From positions 635,656 through 699,655 of the forward strand of contig CAWHSA010000002.1 of NCBI GenBank assembly GCA_963831855.1: a DNA stretch of 64,000 bases, read 5' to 3'. This DNA comes from an uncultured Bacteroidales bacterium (GTDB lineage Bacteria; Bacteroidota; Bacteroidia; Bacteroidales; VadinHA17). Below, piece after piece: positions 1 through 8,635 of the stretch; position 1 is the stretch's first letter, and every line of letters starts with the position of its first letter. The position numbers were made by a program, and so were the translations under genes. The notes below the pieces were generated by a model. The model had not been told where the DNA came from, did no database searches, and saw nothing but the letters and a program-made list of their open reading frames with translations.

Positions 1-1
1 A

Positions 2-166
2 ACAACTATGTCTTCGCCGGATATAAGAGCAGGAGTGGCGCTGCTGATTGCAGCAATGTCCGCTGAGGGTGAAAGTGTTATCCACAATATCGAACAAATC
101 GACAGGGGATACCAGAATATCGATTCAAGGCTCAATGCGCTGGGGGCAGATATAAGGAGGATATAA
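2..166 (+). CDS. murA: UDP-N-acetylglucosamine 1-carboxyvinyltransferase, C-terminal fragment (5' end outside window)
   Basis: Frame-2 translation ...[51 protein letters not shown] fits the conserved MurA C-terminus (..DLRA...L..A...AEG......I..IDRGY..I..KL..LGA.I.R). TAA stop at 164-166. Confidence 0.8.
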   Translation, partial: TTMSSPDIRAGVALLIAAMSAEGESVIHNIEQIDRGYQNIDSRLNALGADIRRI

Positions 167-255
167 GGCACAGCGGCTCAGTGGCACAGAGGCGCAGAAG
201 CCTTCGCTGGCGCGAGTTTGCAACTCGTGCCAGAAACAAAAGGCATGGTTTATAA

Positions 256-277
256 ATCCGCATCAGCGGGTTTTTTA
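256..277 (+). terminator. Possible intrinsic terminator after murA
   Basis: Short hairpin ATCCGC-ATCA-GCGGGT followed by TTTTTT. Confidence 0.45.
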
Positions 278-378
278 CCTTTGTGCGGCTGCGCCGCTGA
301 ACCCTTCTGTCAATTTGTCCACTAAATTTCTCTGGCAAAATATTTGTTCTGAAATTAGCTATAACCGAAAAAACATAA

Positions 379-1026
379 TTGATGGTAAAGAAGAAACCTG
401 CTGATCCTGATGAGATCGGTCGTAAAATACATAACGAAACTACTGATAATAAAGAAGATAACAATATTCGGAAAGCATCAGAACAGGGCTCTAAAGAGAG
501 TCCTGATGCCGATGGTCTGAAAATTGCAGATGGTGAATCATCTTCCCCGGATGCAACCGCTTCTGACAAAGTTATTCCTGAAGAAAAGAGTACCGAAGAA
601 AAACTGGCAGAGATGCAGGACAAGTATCTGCGCCTTTCTGCCGAATTCGATAATTACAGAAAAAGAACATTACGCGAGAAAATGGAGTTGTCAAAGTTTG
701 CAAGTGAAGAGCTGCTCCTTAGAATTCTGCCAGTAATGGATGATTTTGAAAGGGCACTTTCTCATATGAACTCGGCTTCTGATATTACTGCAATGAAAGA
801 GGGAATGGACCTGATTTATCAGAAATTTAACGACTTTCTGAAGCAGTCAGACATTAAGGAAATTGATTCACTGAATTGTCCGTTCAACGTCGATCTGCAT
901 GATGCGGTGGCAAAAATAACTGTTGAGGAAGAAGATAAAAAAGGTAAAATTGTTGATGTTATCCAAAAAGGGTACTATTTGATGGATAAGGTAATCAGGC
1001 ATTCAAAAGTCGTTGTCGGAGAATAA
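379..1026 (+). CDS. grpE: Nucleotide exchange factor GrpE
   Basis: 215-aa ORF with an acidic N-terminal tail, then LRLSAEFDNYRKR, ILPVMDDFERAL and GY.L.DKVIRHSKVVV blocks typical of GrpE. It lies directly upstream of dnaJ. Confidence 0.9.
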   Translation: MMVKKKPADPDEIGRKIHNETTDNKEDNNIRKASEQGSKESPDADGLKIADGESSSPDATASDKVIPEEKSTEEKLAEMQDKYLRLSAEFDNYRKRTLREKMELSKFASEELLLRILPVMDDFERALSHMNSASDITAMKEGMDLIYQKFNDFLKQSDIKEIDSLNCPFNVDLHDAVAKITVEEEDKKGKIVDVIQKGYYLMDKVIRHSKVVVGE

Positions 1027-1077
1027 TATATTTCAAACTATATGCCTTGCCTGGGAAATGCCTAAAAAATTTTAAGG

Positions 1078-2235
1078 ATGGGAAAAAGAGATTATTACGA
1101 GGTGCTTGGGGTATCGAAGGATGCAACAAAGGAAGAGATTAAAAAGGCTTACAGGAAACAGGCATTGAAATATCATCCCGATAAAAATCCCGGTGATAAA
1201 AAAGCTGAGGAGAACTTTAAGGAGGCTGCTGAAGCTTATGAAGTCCTCAGCAACGATGAGAAAAAAGCCAGGTATGATCGCTTCGGCCATGCCGGAATGA
1301 GTGGAGCAGGGAATGGATTCGGTGGCGGAGCAGGCATGACCATGGAGGATATTTTTTCTTCATTCGGTGATATTTTCGGTGATGCATTCGGAGGATTCGG
1401 GGCTTTCGGTGGCAGCAGGAGAAGCTCCGGAAGAACAAATAAAGGAACAAACCTGCGGGTTAAGGTTAAGTTAAACCTGCAGGAAATAGCAGCAGGTGCA
1501 GAGAAAAAGATCAAGGTAAGCAAATACGATACCTGTGACGCCTGCGGAGGTTCAGGCGCTGCGGACGCCCATAGCACAACAACCTGCTCCACATGCCGTG
1601 GCTCAGGACACATTACAAGGCTTACAAATACAATGCTCGGACAAATGCAGACAACCTCCGTTTGTCCGGTCTGCGGCGGAGCAGGCAAGACAATAACTAA
1701 AAAATGCCCTGTATGCTATGGTGAAGGAATTGTCCAGAAAGAAGATATAATAAAAATCAATATCCCTGCCGGAGTAGGAAAAGGAATGCAGATGACAGTA
1801 AGCGGAAAGGGCAATGCACCAAGAAGAGGGGGCGTTCATGGCGATCTGCTGGTAGTAATTGATGAGGAAGATCATCCGGATCTGATCCGGGAAGGTAACG
1901 ACCTCATTTATAATCTTTTCATCAGCATTCCGGATGCTGTTCTGGGTACCCATGTTGAGGTTCCTACAGTCGAAAATAGTGTAAAGATCAAGATAGAACC
2001 GGGTACTCAGCCCGGGAAAATACTCCGCCTCAGAGGAAAGGGATTGCCGGAAGTTAATGGATATGGACGCGGTGATCTGCTTGTCAATGTCAACGTCTGG
2101 ATACCTAAAAGCATTACCAGGGAAGAAGCAAAATTAATAGAAAAATTCAGGGACTCAGGCACTTTTGTTCCCAATCCTGATAAAAACGATAAAGGATTTT
2201 TCGAACGGATGAGAGGTTATTTTGAACAGGAATAA
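1078..2235 (+). CDS. dnaJ: Molecular chaperone DnaJ
   Basis: J-domain with HPDKNPGD, a G/F-rich linker and four CxxCxGxG zinc-finger repeats ([32 protein letters not shown]). Confidence 0.97.
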   Translation: MGKRDYYEVLGVSKDATKEEIKKAYRKQALKYHPDKNPGDKKAEENFKEAAEAYEVLSNDEKKARYDRFGHAGMSGAGNGFGGGAGMTMEDIFSSFGDIFGDAFGGFGAFGGSRRSSGRTNKGTNLRVKVKLNLQEIAAGAEKKIKVSKYDTCDACGGSGAADAHSTTTCSTCRGSGHITRLTNTMLGQMQTTSVCPVCGGAGKTITKKCPVCYGEGIVQKEDIIKINIPAGVGKGMQMTVSGKGNAPRRGGVHGDLLVVIDEEDHPDLIREGNDLIYNLFISIPDAVLGTHVEVPTVENSVKIKIEPGTQPGKILRLRGKGLPEVNGYGRGDLLVNVNVWIPKSITREEAKLIEKFRDSGTFVPNPDKNDKGFFERMRGYFEQE

Positions 2236-2351
2236 AACCTTTCAGTTTAATTCTGTGGTAGTACTGATTGCCTCTGCGTAATAAAAAAGAACCACTTAAT
2301 CAGAGTTTTTTTATCTTTACTCCTCATTTTCAAAACCGTTAACACATTAAT

Positions 2352-3260
2352 ATGCCACTTTTCGAAGCAAAAAACATCACTAAACAATTCGGCACTTTCA
2401 CAGCTCTCGATAATGTCAGCCTGTCTGTGCCTGAGCAATCAATCTACGGCCTTCTCGGACCAAACGGAGCCGGAAAGACAACCCTCATACGTATTATTAA
2501 CCAGATAACAGGACCCGATAAAGGTGAGCTGTTCCTTAACGGGCAGAAGCTCAGGCCAGATGATGTCCAGATGATCGGATACCTGCCTGAAGAGCGCGGA
2601 TTATACAAGAAAATGAAAATAGGCGAACAGGCTATTTATTTCGCGCAGCTTAAGGGGCTTACCAGAAATGAAGCCATTAAAAGGCTGAAATACTGGTTCA
2701 GAAAGCTTGAAATCGTCGACTGGTGGGGGAAAAAGGTTGAGGAACTCTCTAAAGGGATGCAGCAGAAAGTTCAGTTCATCACAACTATCCTCCATGAACC
2801 GAAACTCATAATTTTCGATGAACCGTTCACCGGCTTTGATCCGGTAAATGCCAATATCATAAAAAATGAAATTCTTTTTCTCAGGGAAAGAGGTGCAACT
2901 ATAATATTCTCAACCCACAACATGGGTTCAGTCGAGGAACTGTGTGATAATATAACTCTGATCGACAGAGCCAAAACAATACTCGAAGGGAGTGTCAATG
3001 AGATCAGAAGGACATGGGCTGCCAACGAATATGACCTGGTCTTCAGCGGACAAGTCAGGATCGAGGGAAATGATCACTACAAAGTGCTCAATCAGCAGAC
3101 CGAAAATGAACATAGCGTTATAAGACTGAAAACCTCAGATAATATTTCAACCAATGAAATAATTGGTAATGTAATGAAATCAGGCAGTCTGGTATCGTTC
3201 AATCCTGCCCTGCCATCCATGAATGAAATATTTATAAGGGTGGTTGAATCACGCAATTAA
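2352..3260 (+). CDS. ABC transporter ATP-binding protein (ABC-2 / NatA-like)
   Basis: Walker A GPNGAGKTT, ABC signature LSKGMQQK, Walker B LIIFDEP. Followed 25 bp later by an ABC-2 permease. Confidence 0.9.
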   Translation: MPLFEAKNITKQFGTFTALDNVSLSVPEQSIYGLLGPNGAGKTTLIRIINQITGPDKGELFLNGQKLRPDDVQMIGYLPEERGLYKKMKIGEQAIYFAQLKGLTRNEAIKRLKYWFRKLEIVDWWGKKVEELSKGMQQKVQFITTILHEPKLIIFDEPFTGFDPVNANIIKNEILFLRERGATIIFSTHNMGSVEELCDNITLIDRAKTILEGSVNEIRRTWAANEYDLVFSGQVRIEGNDHYKVLNQQTENEHSVIRLKTSDNISTNEIIGNVMKSGSLVSFNPALPSMNEIFIRVVESRN

Positions 3261-3285
3261 TATTATACACTGAAATATCCAGAAT

Positions 3286-4650
3286 ATGAATAAGATATCC
3301 GTTATTATAAGAAGAGAGTACCTAACAAGGGTCAGGAAAAAATCATTTATTATAATGACTCTCCTTACACCCCTCCTGATGGCAGCCTTATTTATACTGC
3401 CGGCCCTGGTAATGACTAACCAGGACCAGGAATTCAAAAAGATCGCCGTGGTAGAGATCGGACCCGGGATTTTCAAAAACGTGATTCCGGATACCAAGGA
3501 TGTGGATTACGTATACCTTGAAAATATCAATATTGAGGATCTGAAGAAAAATTTTACCCAGGCCGGGTACTATGGTATCCTAGTCATAAAAGATGATCTT
3601 GTTACCACGCCAAACGCTATCCAGCTATTATCCAAGAAACAACCGCCCATCGGACTTATCGATCATATTTCCAATTCACTCGAGAAGGAGGTAGAAAGAC
3701 AGAAGCTCCTGGGATATAATATTCAGAATCTTGATGAAATTCTTAAAAGCATAAGGACTAAAATATCTGTCACCACAATAAAAGTAGATGAATCGGGACA
3801 GTCTACAGAAACAAGCACCGGTATTGCAATGGCGCTTGCCTATCTTGGCGGATTCCTGATGTACATGCTGGTATTTATTTTCGGATCGCAGGTAATGAGA
3901 GGCGTTATAGAAGAGAAGACGAGCAGAGTTGTTGAGGTAATCGTCTCTTCAGTCAGGCCGGCGCAGCTTATGCTGGGTAAAATCCTGGGCGTGGCACTTG
4001 TCGGATTGACCCAGTTCATAGTCTGGATACTTCTTTTGGTTGCCACTGTAGGTGTTCTGAAAGCAACGGTCCTGAAAAAGACTGAAATAGCACAGATTAC
4101 CCAGAACATACCCCAGAACCTGATGAATCAGAATGAGGTTACAACCAGTATCGGCACGGACCAGGCTGCCCAGGTCTCACCTCAGCTCGCAGAATTCTCA
4201 AAATTGTTTGACAATGCCATGAATCAGGACTGGCTTTTAATAATAACAGCTTTCATATTTTATTTTATTACCGGGTACCTGCTTTATGCTTCAGTATTTG
4301 CAGCAATAGGTTCCGCAGTTGATAATGAAACTGAGACTCAGCAGTTCATGCTGCCGGTTACTATACCTATAATTATAGGCCTCATGGTGGCTATGGGAAC
4401 AATGCAGAATCCTGAGAGCTCGCTCTCCTTTTGGTTTTCAATGATTCCGCTTACATCACCAATTGTCATGATGGCACGGATCCCGTTCGGGGTCCCGGGA
4501 TGGCAGATCGCCCTGTCAATGGCTCTAATGGTGATCACATTCCTTGCTTTTGTATGGGGAGCTGCCAAAGTTTACCGCACAGGTATTCTGATGTATGGCA
4601 AAAAATCATCATGGAAGGAATTGTGGAAGTGGCTGAGATATACGGGATAA
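3286..4650 (+). CDS. ABC-2 type transporter permease (NatB-like)
   Basis: 454 aa with one N-terminal TM helix, a large soluble loop and a C-terminal bundle of hydrophobic helices. Paired with the upstream ATPase. Confidence 0.75.
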   Translation: MNKISVIIRREYLTRVRKKSFIIMTLLTPLLMAALFILPALVMTNQDQEFKKIAVVEIGPGIFKNVIPDTKDVDYVYLENINIEDLKKNFTQAGYYGILVIKDDLVTTPNAIQLLSKKQPPIGLIDHISNSLEKEVERQKLLGYNIQNLDEILKSIRTKISVTTIKVDESGQSTETSTGIAMALAYLGGFLMYMLVFIFGSQVMRGVIEEKTSRVVEVIVSSVRPAQLMLGKILGVALVGLTQFIVWILLLVATVGVLKATVLKKTEIAQITQNIPQNLMNQNEVTTSIGTDQAAQVSPQLAEFSKLFDNAMNQDWLLIITAFIFYFITGYLLYASVFAAIGSAVDNETETQQFMLPVTIPIIIGLMVAMGTMQNPESSLSFWFSMIPLTSPIVMMARIPFGVPGWQIALSMALMVITFLAFVWGAAKVYRTGILMYGKKSSWKELWKWLRYTG

Positions 4651-4745
4651 GCGGCAGCCGACGGGCTGCGGGTCACCGGCTACGTGCTACATATGGATCC
4701 TGGTGCCTGATTATATAAAAGAAATACAGGGACAAATATAATATT

Positions 4746-5924
4746 ATGTCAAAAATTCTTGTAATCGACGACGAAAAAGCGATCCGGAACACCCTGAAGG
4801 AAGTTCTGGAATATGAAAAACACGAAGTTGACCTGGCTGAGGACGGACCTACAGGAATTGATCTGTTCAATGCCAACTCATACGATATTGTTCTGTGCGA
4901 TATAAAGATGCAGAAAATGGATGGAATTGAGGTCCTGCAGAAAATCACGGAGATCTCCGCATTAACACCTGTGGTAATGATATCAGGGCATGGTAATATA
5001 GATACGGCAGTTGAAGCTATAAAAAAAGGGGCATTTGACTTTCTTGAAAAACCGCTTGACCTGAACAGGCTCCTGATAACTATCCGAAATGCTACTGATA
5101 AGTCAACTCTGATTACACAGACTCAGGTCCTTAAGAACAAAGTCAGCAAAATGTATGAAATTGTCGGGGAATCGGAAGCAATTAAGAAAGTCCAGGAAAT
5201 GATCGACAGGGTAGCTCCGACTGAAGCAAGGGTGCTGATAACAGGTGCAAATGGCACGGGAAAGGAACTTGTGGCTCATCAGATTCATGAGAAAAGCAAC
5301 AGGGCAAAGGCACCATTTGTTGAGGTAAATTGTGCGGCAATACCTTCAGAACTTATTGAAAGTGAATTGTTCGGCCATGAGAAAGGTTCATTTACTTCGG
5401 CAATAAAACAGCGGATTGGTAAATTTGAGCAGGCAAACGGAGGCACACTGTTCCTCGATGAAATAGGCGATATGAGCCTGTCGGCACAGGCAAAAGTCCT
5501 GAGGGCATTACAGGAAAACAAGATCACAAGGGTAGGTTCCGACAAGGATATCCAGGTGAATGTCAGGGTGGTGACTGCAACAAACAAGAACATAAGGAAA
5601 GAAATTGAAAATAATACTTTCAGGGAAGACCTCTATCACAGGTTAAGCGTTATACTTATCCATGTACCAACACTTAATGAACGTGAAGAAGATATCCCGC
5701 TCCTGGCTGAATATTTTAACTCACTGATCTGCAAGGAGTATGGTATGTGCAAAAAAGCATTAAAAAAGGATGCTGTCAAAGAACTCCAGAAAATTCAATG
5801 GACCGGCAATATCCGGGAATTCAGAAATGTGCTGGAAAGACTTATCATTCTGTGCAAAGATGAGATTACAGGTGCCGACGTGCTGGCTTATGCAAAACCT
5901 GTTTCCGGATTTAACATGATCTGA
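4746..5924 (+). CDS. Sigma-54-dependent response regulator (receiver + AAA+ domains, no C-terminal HTH)
   Basis: Receiver domain (ILVIDDE..., VLCDIKM). AAA+ enhancer-binding core with Walker A GANGTGKE, GAFTGA-position motif ELFGHEKGSFTSA, Walker B LFLDEIGD and R-finger region REDLYHRL. The protein ends about 20 aa after the AAA+ lid, so a Fis-type HTH does not fit. Confidence 0.85.
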   Translation: MSKILVIDDEKAIRNTLKEVLEYEKHEVDLAEDGPTGIDLFNANSYDIVLCDIKMQKMDGIEVLQKITEISALTPVVMISGHGNIDTAVEAIKKGAFDFLEKPLDLNRLLITIRNATDKSTLITQTQVLKNKVSKMYEIVGESEAIKKVQEMIDRVAPTEARVLITGANGTGKELVAHQIHEKSNRAKAPFVEVNCAAIPSELIESELFGHEKGSFTSAIKQRIGKFEQANGGTLFLDEIGDMSLSAQAKVLRALQENKITRVGSDKDIQVNVRVVTATNKNIRKEIENNTFREDLYHRLSVILIHVPTLNEREEDIPLLAEYFNSLICKEYGMCKKALKKDAVKELQKIQWTGNIREFRNVLERLIILCKDEITGADVLAYAKPVSGFNMI

Positions 5925-7360
5925 TGTTCAGAACTGAAAAAGATTCCCTTGGCGAGAAGCAAATTCCCTCAGATGCTCTTTACGGAATTCATGCCCTGAG
6001 GGCAAGGGAAAATTTCCCCGGTATTACATCTTTCCCTGCCGAATGGTACATGGCTGTCGGGCTCACCAAGCTTGCCTGCTATAAAACCTACAGGAAGTTC
6101 AGGGATGCTGCAACACATAAATACGGTAACAACCTTCACTTCAGGATCATAGATGATACAATTCTGGATGCGTTGTCGTCCTCGGCATCTGAAGTTGCAG
6201 ACGGAAAATACTTTGATAATTTCATCGTGCCTGCAGTTCAGGGTGGAGCAGGAACAAGTATCAATATGAATATCAATGAAATAATTGCGAATGCTGCCCT
6301 TCAGAAGACAGGTAATAAGTGTGGACATTACACTTATATTGATCCTACAGAACATGCAAATATTTACCAGTCTACCAATGATGTTATCCCGACAGCTCTG
6401 ACCCTGGCGGTAATGAAGCTTCTACAGTCACTTGAACAGGGAATAAATAACCTGAAGCAAAAAGTTGAGGAATCTGAAAGGCTGAACAGGGACAAGCTCC
6501 GTCCGGGATACACCCAGATGCAGGAGGCTGTTCCTTCATCCTTCGGATTGCTTTTCGGTGCTTACGGTGAGGCTCTCTCACGCGACTGGTGGAGAGTATC
6601 CAAATGCTTTGAAAGGATCAAGCAGGTAAATCTGGGCGGCGGAGCCACAGGGACCGGAATTTCCATTCCGCGTTACTTTATAATGGAGGTTATCCCTGAA
6701 CTGCGTAACCTCTCCGGACTGCAGGTGACCCAAAGCGAAAACCTTGCAGATGCCACATCAAACCTCGACAAATGGGTTGAGATACATGCGACTCTCAAGG
6801 CACATGCGGTAAATCTTGAAAAGATCTCTTCCGACCTCAGACTTCTTGCTTCAGACATTGCAGGCTCCGGAACAATATCAATACCCGGGAAACAGGTCGG
6901 AAGCTCAATAATGCCGGGGAAAATAAATCCTGTAATCCCTGAGTTTGTCATATCAGCAGCACATATCGTTTACGCAAATGACACTCTTATAAGCTCGCTG
7001 AGTGCACAGGGAGCTCTCGAACTTAACCCCTACCTGCCTTCAATAGGGTACTCTGTAATTCAAAGCATAAAGCTTCTCATTTCCTGCGATCTGACGCTCT
7101 TAAACAACCTGTTTACAGGGCTTATAGTACATGAATCAGCGGGTTATGAAGCACTTATGAAAAGTCCTTTGCTTACTACCGCTCTCCTCCCCTATATAGG
7201 TTATCATGCAGCTGCAGCACTCGCAGCGTTAATGAAGGAGAAGAAAACAGATATTTTTGAAGCAAACAGGATCTTGAACTCTGTTGATGACAAAAAGCTC
7301 AGGAATATCCTTCAGCCGGGCAACCTGCTTAAGCTCGGCTTCTCACTCGATGAACTTTAA
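5924..7360 (+). CDS. Aspartate ammonia-lyase / class II fumarase family lyase
   Basis: STNDVIPT block and the GSSIMPGKINP fumarate-lyase signature (GSxxMxxKxN). The N-terminus TEKDSLGEKQIPSDALYGIHALRA resembles AspA. The ATG overlaps the upstream TGA (ATCTGATG). Confidence 0.8.
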   Translation: MFRTEKDSLGEKQIPSDALYGIHALRARENFPGITSFPAEWYMAVGLTKLACYKTYRKFRDAATHKYGNNLHFRIIDDTILDALSSSASEVADGKYFDNFIVPAVQGGAGTSINMNINEIIANAALQKTGNKCGHYTYIDPTEHANIYQSTNDVIPTALTLAVMKLLQSLEQGINNLKQKVEESERLNRDKLRPGYTQMQEAVPSSFGLLFGAYGEALSRDWWRVSKCFERIKQVNLGGGATGTGISIPRYFIMEVIPELRNLSGLQVTQSENLADATSNLDKWVEIHATLKAHAVNLEKISSDLRLLASDIAGSGTISIPGKQVGSSIMPGKINPVIPEFVISAAHIVYANDTLISSLSAQGALELNPYLPSIGYSVIQSIKLLISCDLTLLNNLFTGLIVHESAGYEALMKSPLLTTALLPYIGYHAAAALAALMKEKKTDIFEANRILNSVDDKKLRNILQPGNLLKLGFSLDEL

Positions 7361-7393
7361 TTTTTGTAATTTTGCAGGATTATTTCTTAAAAA

Positions 7394-8623
7394 ATGACAA
7401 AGGGCAGGGAATCCAAACCTCATATCGGGATTTATGGCCGCCGCAATAATGGCAAGAGCAGCCTTATAAACTGCCTGGCAGGGCAGGATATTGCTATTGT
7501 CTCTGAGCAGGCCGGTACCACTACCGACCCTGTTAAAAAGTCTTTCGAAATAACTGGGTTCGGCCCCGTCATTCTGGTCGATACTGCCGGAATAGATGAT
7601 TCCGGGGATCTTGGCGGAAAAAGGGTTGACAGAACACTAAGAACCATTGATATAATTGACCTTGCCATTCTTGTCGTTGCCGGAAACTCCTGGGGCGATT
7701 CTGAGGATGGACTTTTAGCCAGGTTCAGAAATCAGGATATACCTTATATTATAGTACACAACAAATCGGATCTTGAAGAACCGACTGAGTCATACAGGAA
7801 TAAAGTTTTTGAAGTAAGCGGATCGGATCTCTTTGAATTCTCTTCAAAAGATAAAAGGAATTTTGAAATGCTGATCGGGCTTATCAAGACAACCATACCT
7901 GAATATTCATATAAAACCCCTGCCCTGCTTGGCGATCTGATCAGCTACGGGGATATTGTAATTCTTATTACACCGATAGATGTGGAGGCTCCTGCGGGCC
8001 GGCTTATCCTTCCGCAGGTACAGGCAATACGCGATATCCTTGACAATGATGCTGTTGCTATCGTGCTCAAGGAAAGGGAGGTAGATGCTTTTCTCAAAAA
8101 AACAAAGATAAAGCCAGCTCTGGCAATAACTGATTCACAGGTATTTGTAAAAGCCGATGCTTCAATTCCCCGTGATATTCCTCTGACCAGCTTCAGCATT
8201 ATGCTTGCAAGGTTCAAGGGAGATTTTGAGAATTATCTTAAGGGTACTCCCAAAATATCGTCACTTAAGGATGGCGACAGGGTCCTGTTGCTTGAGTCAT
8301 GCACCCATCATGTTGCATGTGACGATATAGGCAGGACAAAGATCCCAAGATGGATCTCGAACTTCACCGGGAAAAAAATTGAATATGATGTTGTTGCCGG
8401 CCTTGATGCTCTCCCCCGCCCAATAACCGGATATTCTCTTGTAATACAATGCGGCGGTTGCATGATTACCAGAAGACAGCTTCATAACAGGCTTCAGCCT
8501 GCAATAAAAGCCGGCATTCCGGTAACCAATTATGGAATGGCCATCGCTTATGTGCAGGGAATTTACAAAAGAGCAATAGCGCCGTTTGTGAAGGGGTTCG
8601 AAGATAGCCTCACGTACCTTTGA
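7394..8623 (+). CDS. hydF: [FeFe]-hydrogenase H-cluster maturation GTPase HydF (probable)
   Basis: N-terminal GTPase motifs G1 GRRNNGKSS, G3 DTAG and G4 NKSD. The C-terminal domain carries the CxH...CxxC cluster motif (ESCTHH ... QCGGCM) typical of HydF. Confidence 0.7.
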   Translation: MTKGRESKPHIGIYGRRNNGKSSLINCLAGQDIAIVSEQAGTTTDPVKKSFEITGFGPVILVDTAGIDDSGDLGGKRVDRTLRTIDIIDLAILVVAGNSWGDSEDGLLARFRNQDIPYIIVHNKSDLEEPTESYRNKVFEVSGSDLFEFSSKDKRNFEMLIGLIKTTIPEYSYKTPALLGDLISYGDIVILITPIDVEAPAGRLILPQVQAIRDILDNDAVAIVLKEREVDAFLKKTKIKPALAITDSQVFVKADASIPRDIPLTSFSIMLARFKGDFENYLKGTPKISSLKDGDRVLLLESCTHHVACDDIGRTKIPRWISNFTGKKIEYDVVAGLDALPRPITGYSLVIQCGGCMITRRQLHNRLQPAIKAGIPVTNYGMAIAYVQGIYKRAIAPFVKGFEDSLTYL

Positions 8624-8635
8624 AGCTGTTAATTA

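Noticed and set aside
167-235. GC-rich segment after murA with a tRNA-like D-arm (GCTCAGTGGCA.AGAG) and a T-arm-like hairpin (CGAG-TTTGCAA-CTCG).
   Set aside because: I could not fold it into a complete cloverleaf. There is no complementary anticodon stem, the acceptor pairing is only 5 bp, and the length is about 66 nt. It may be a decayed tRNA remnant or just a structured 3' UTR, so I did not call it an RNA gene.
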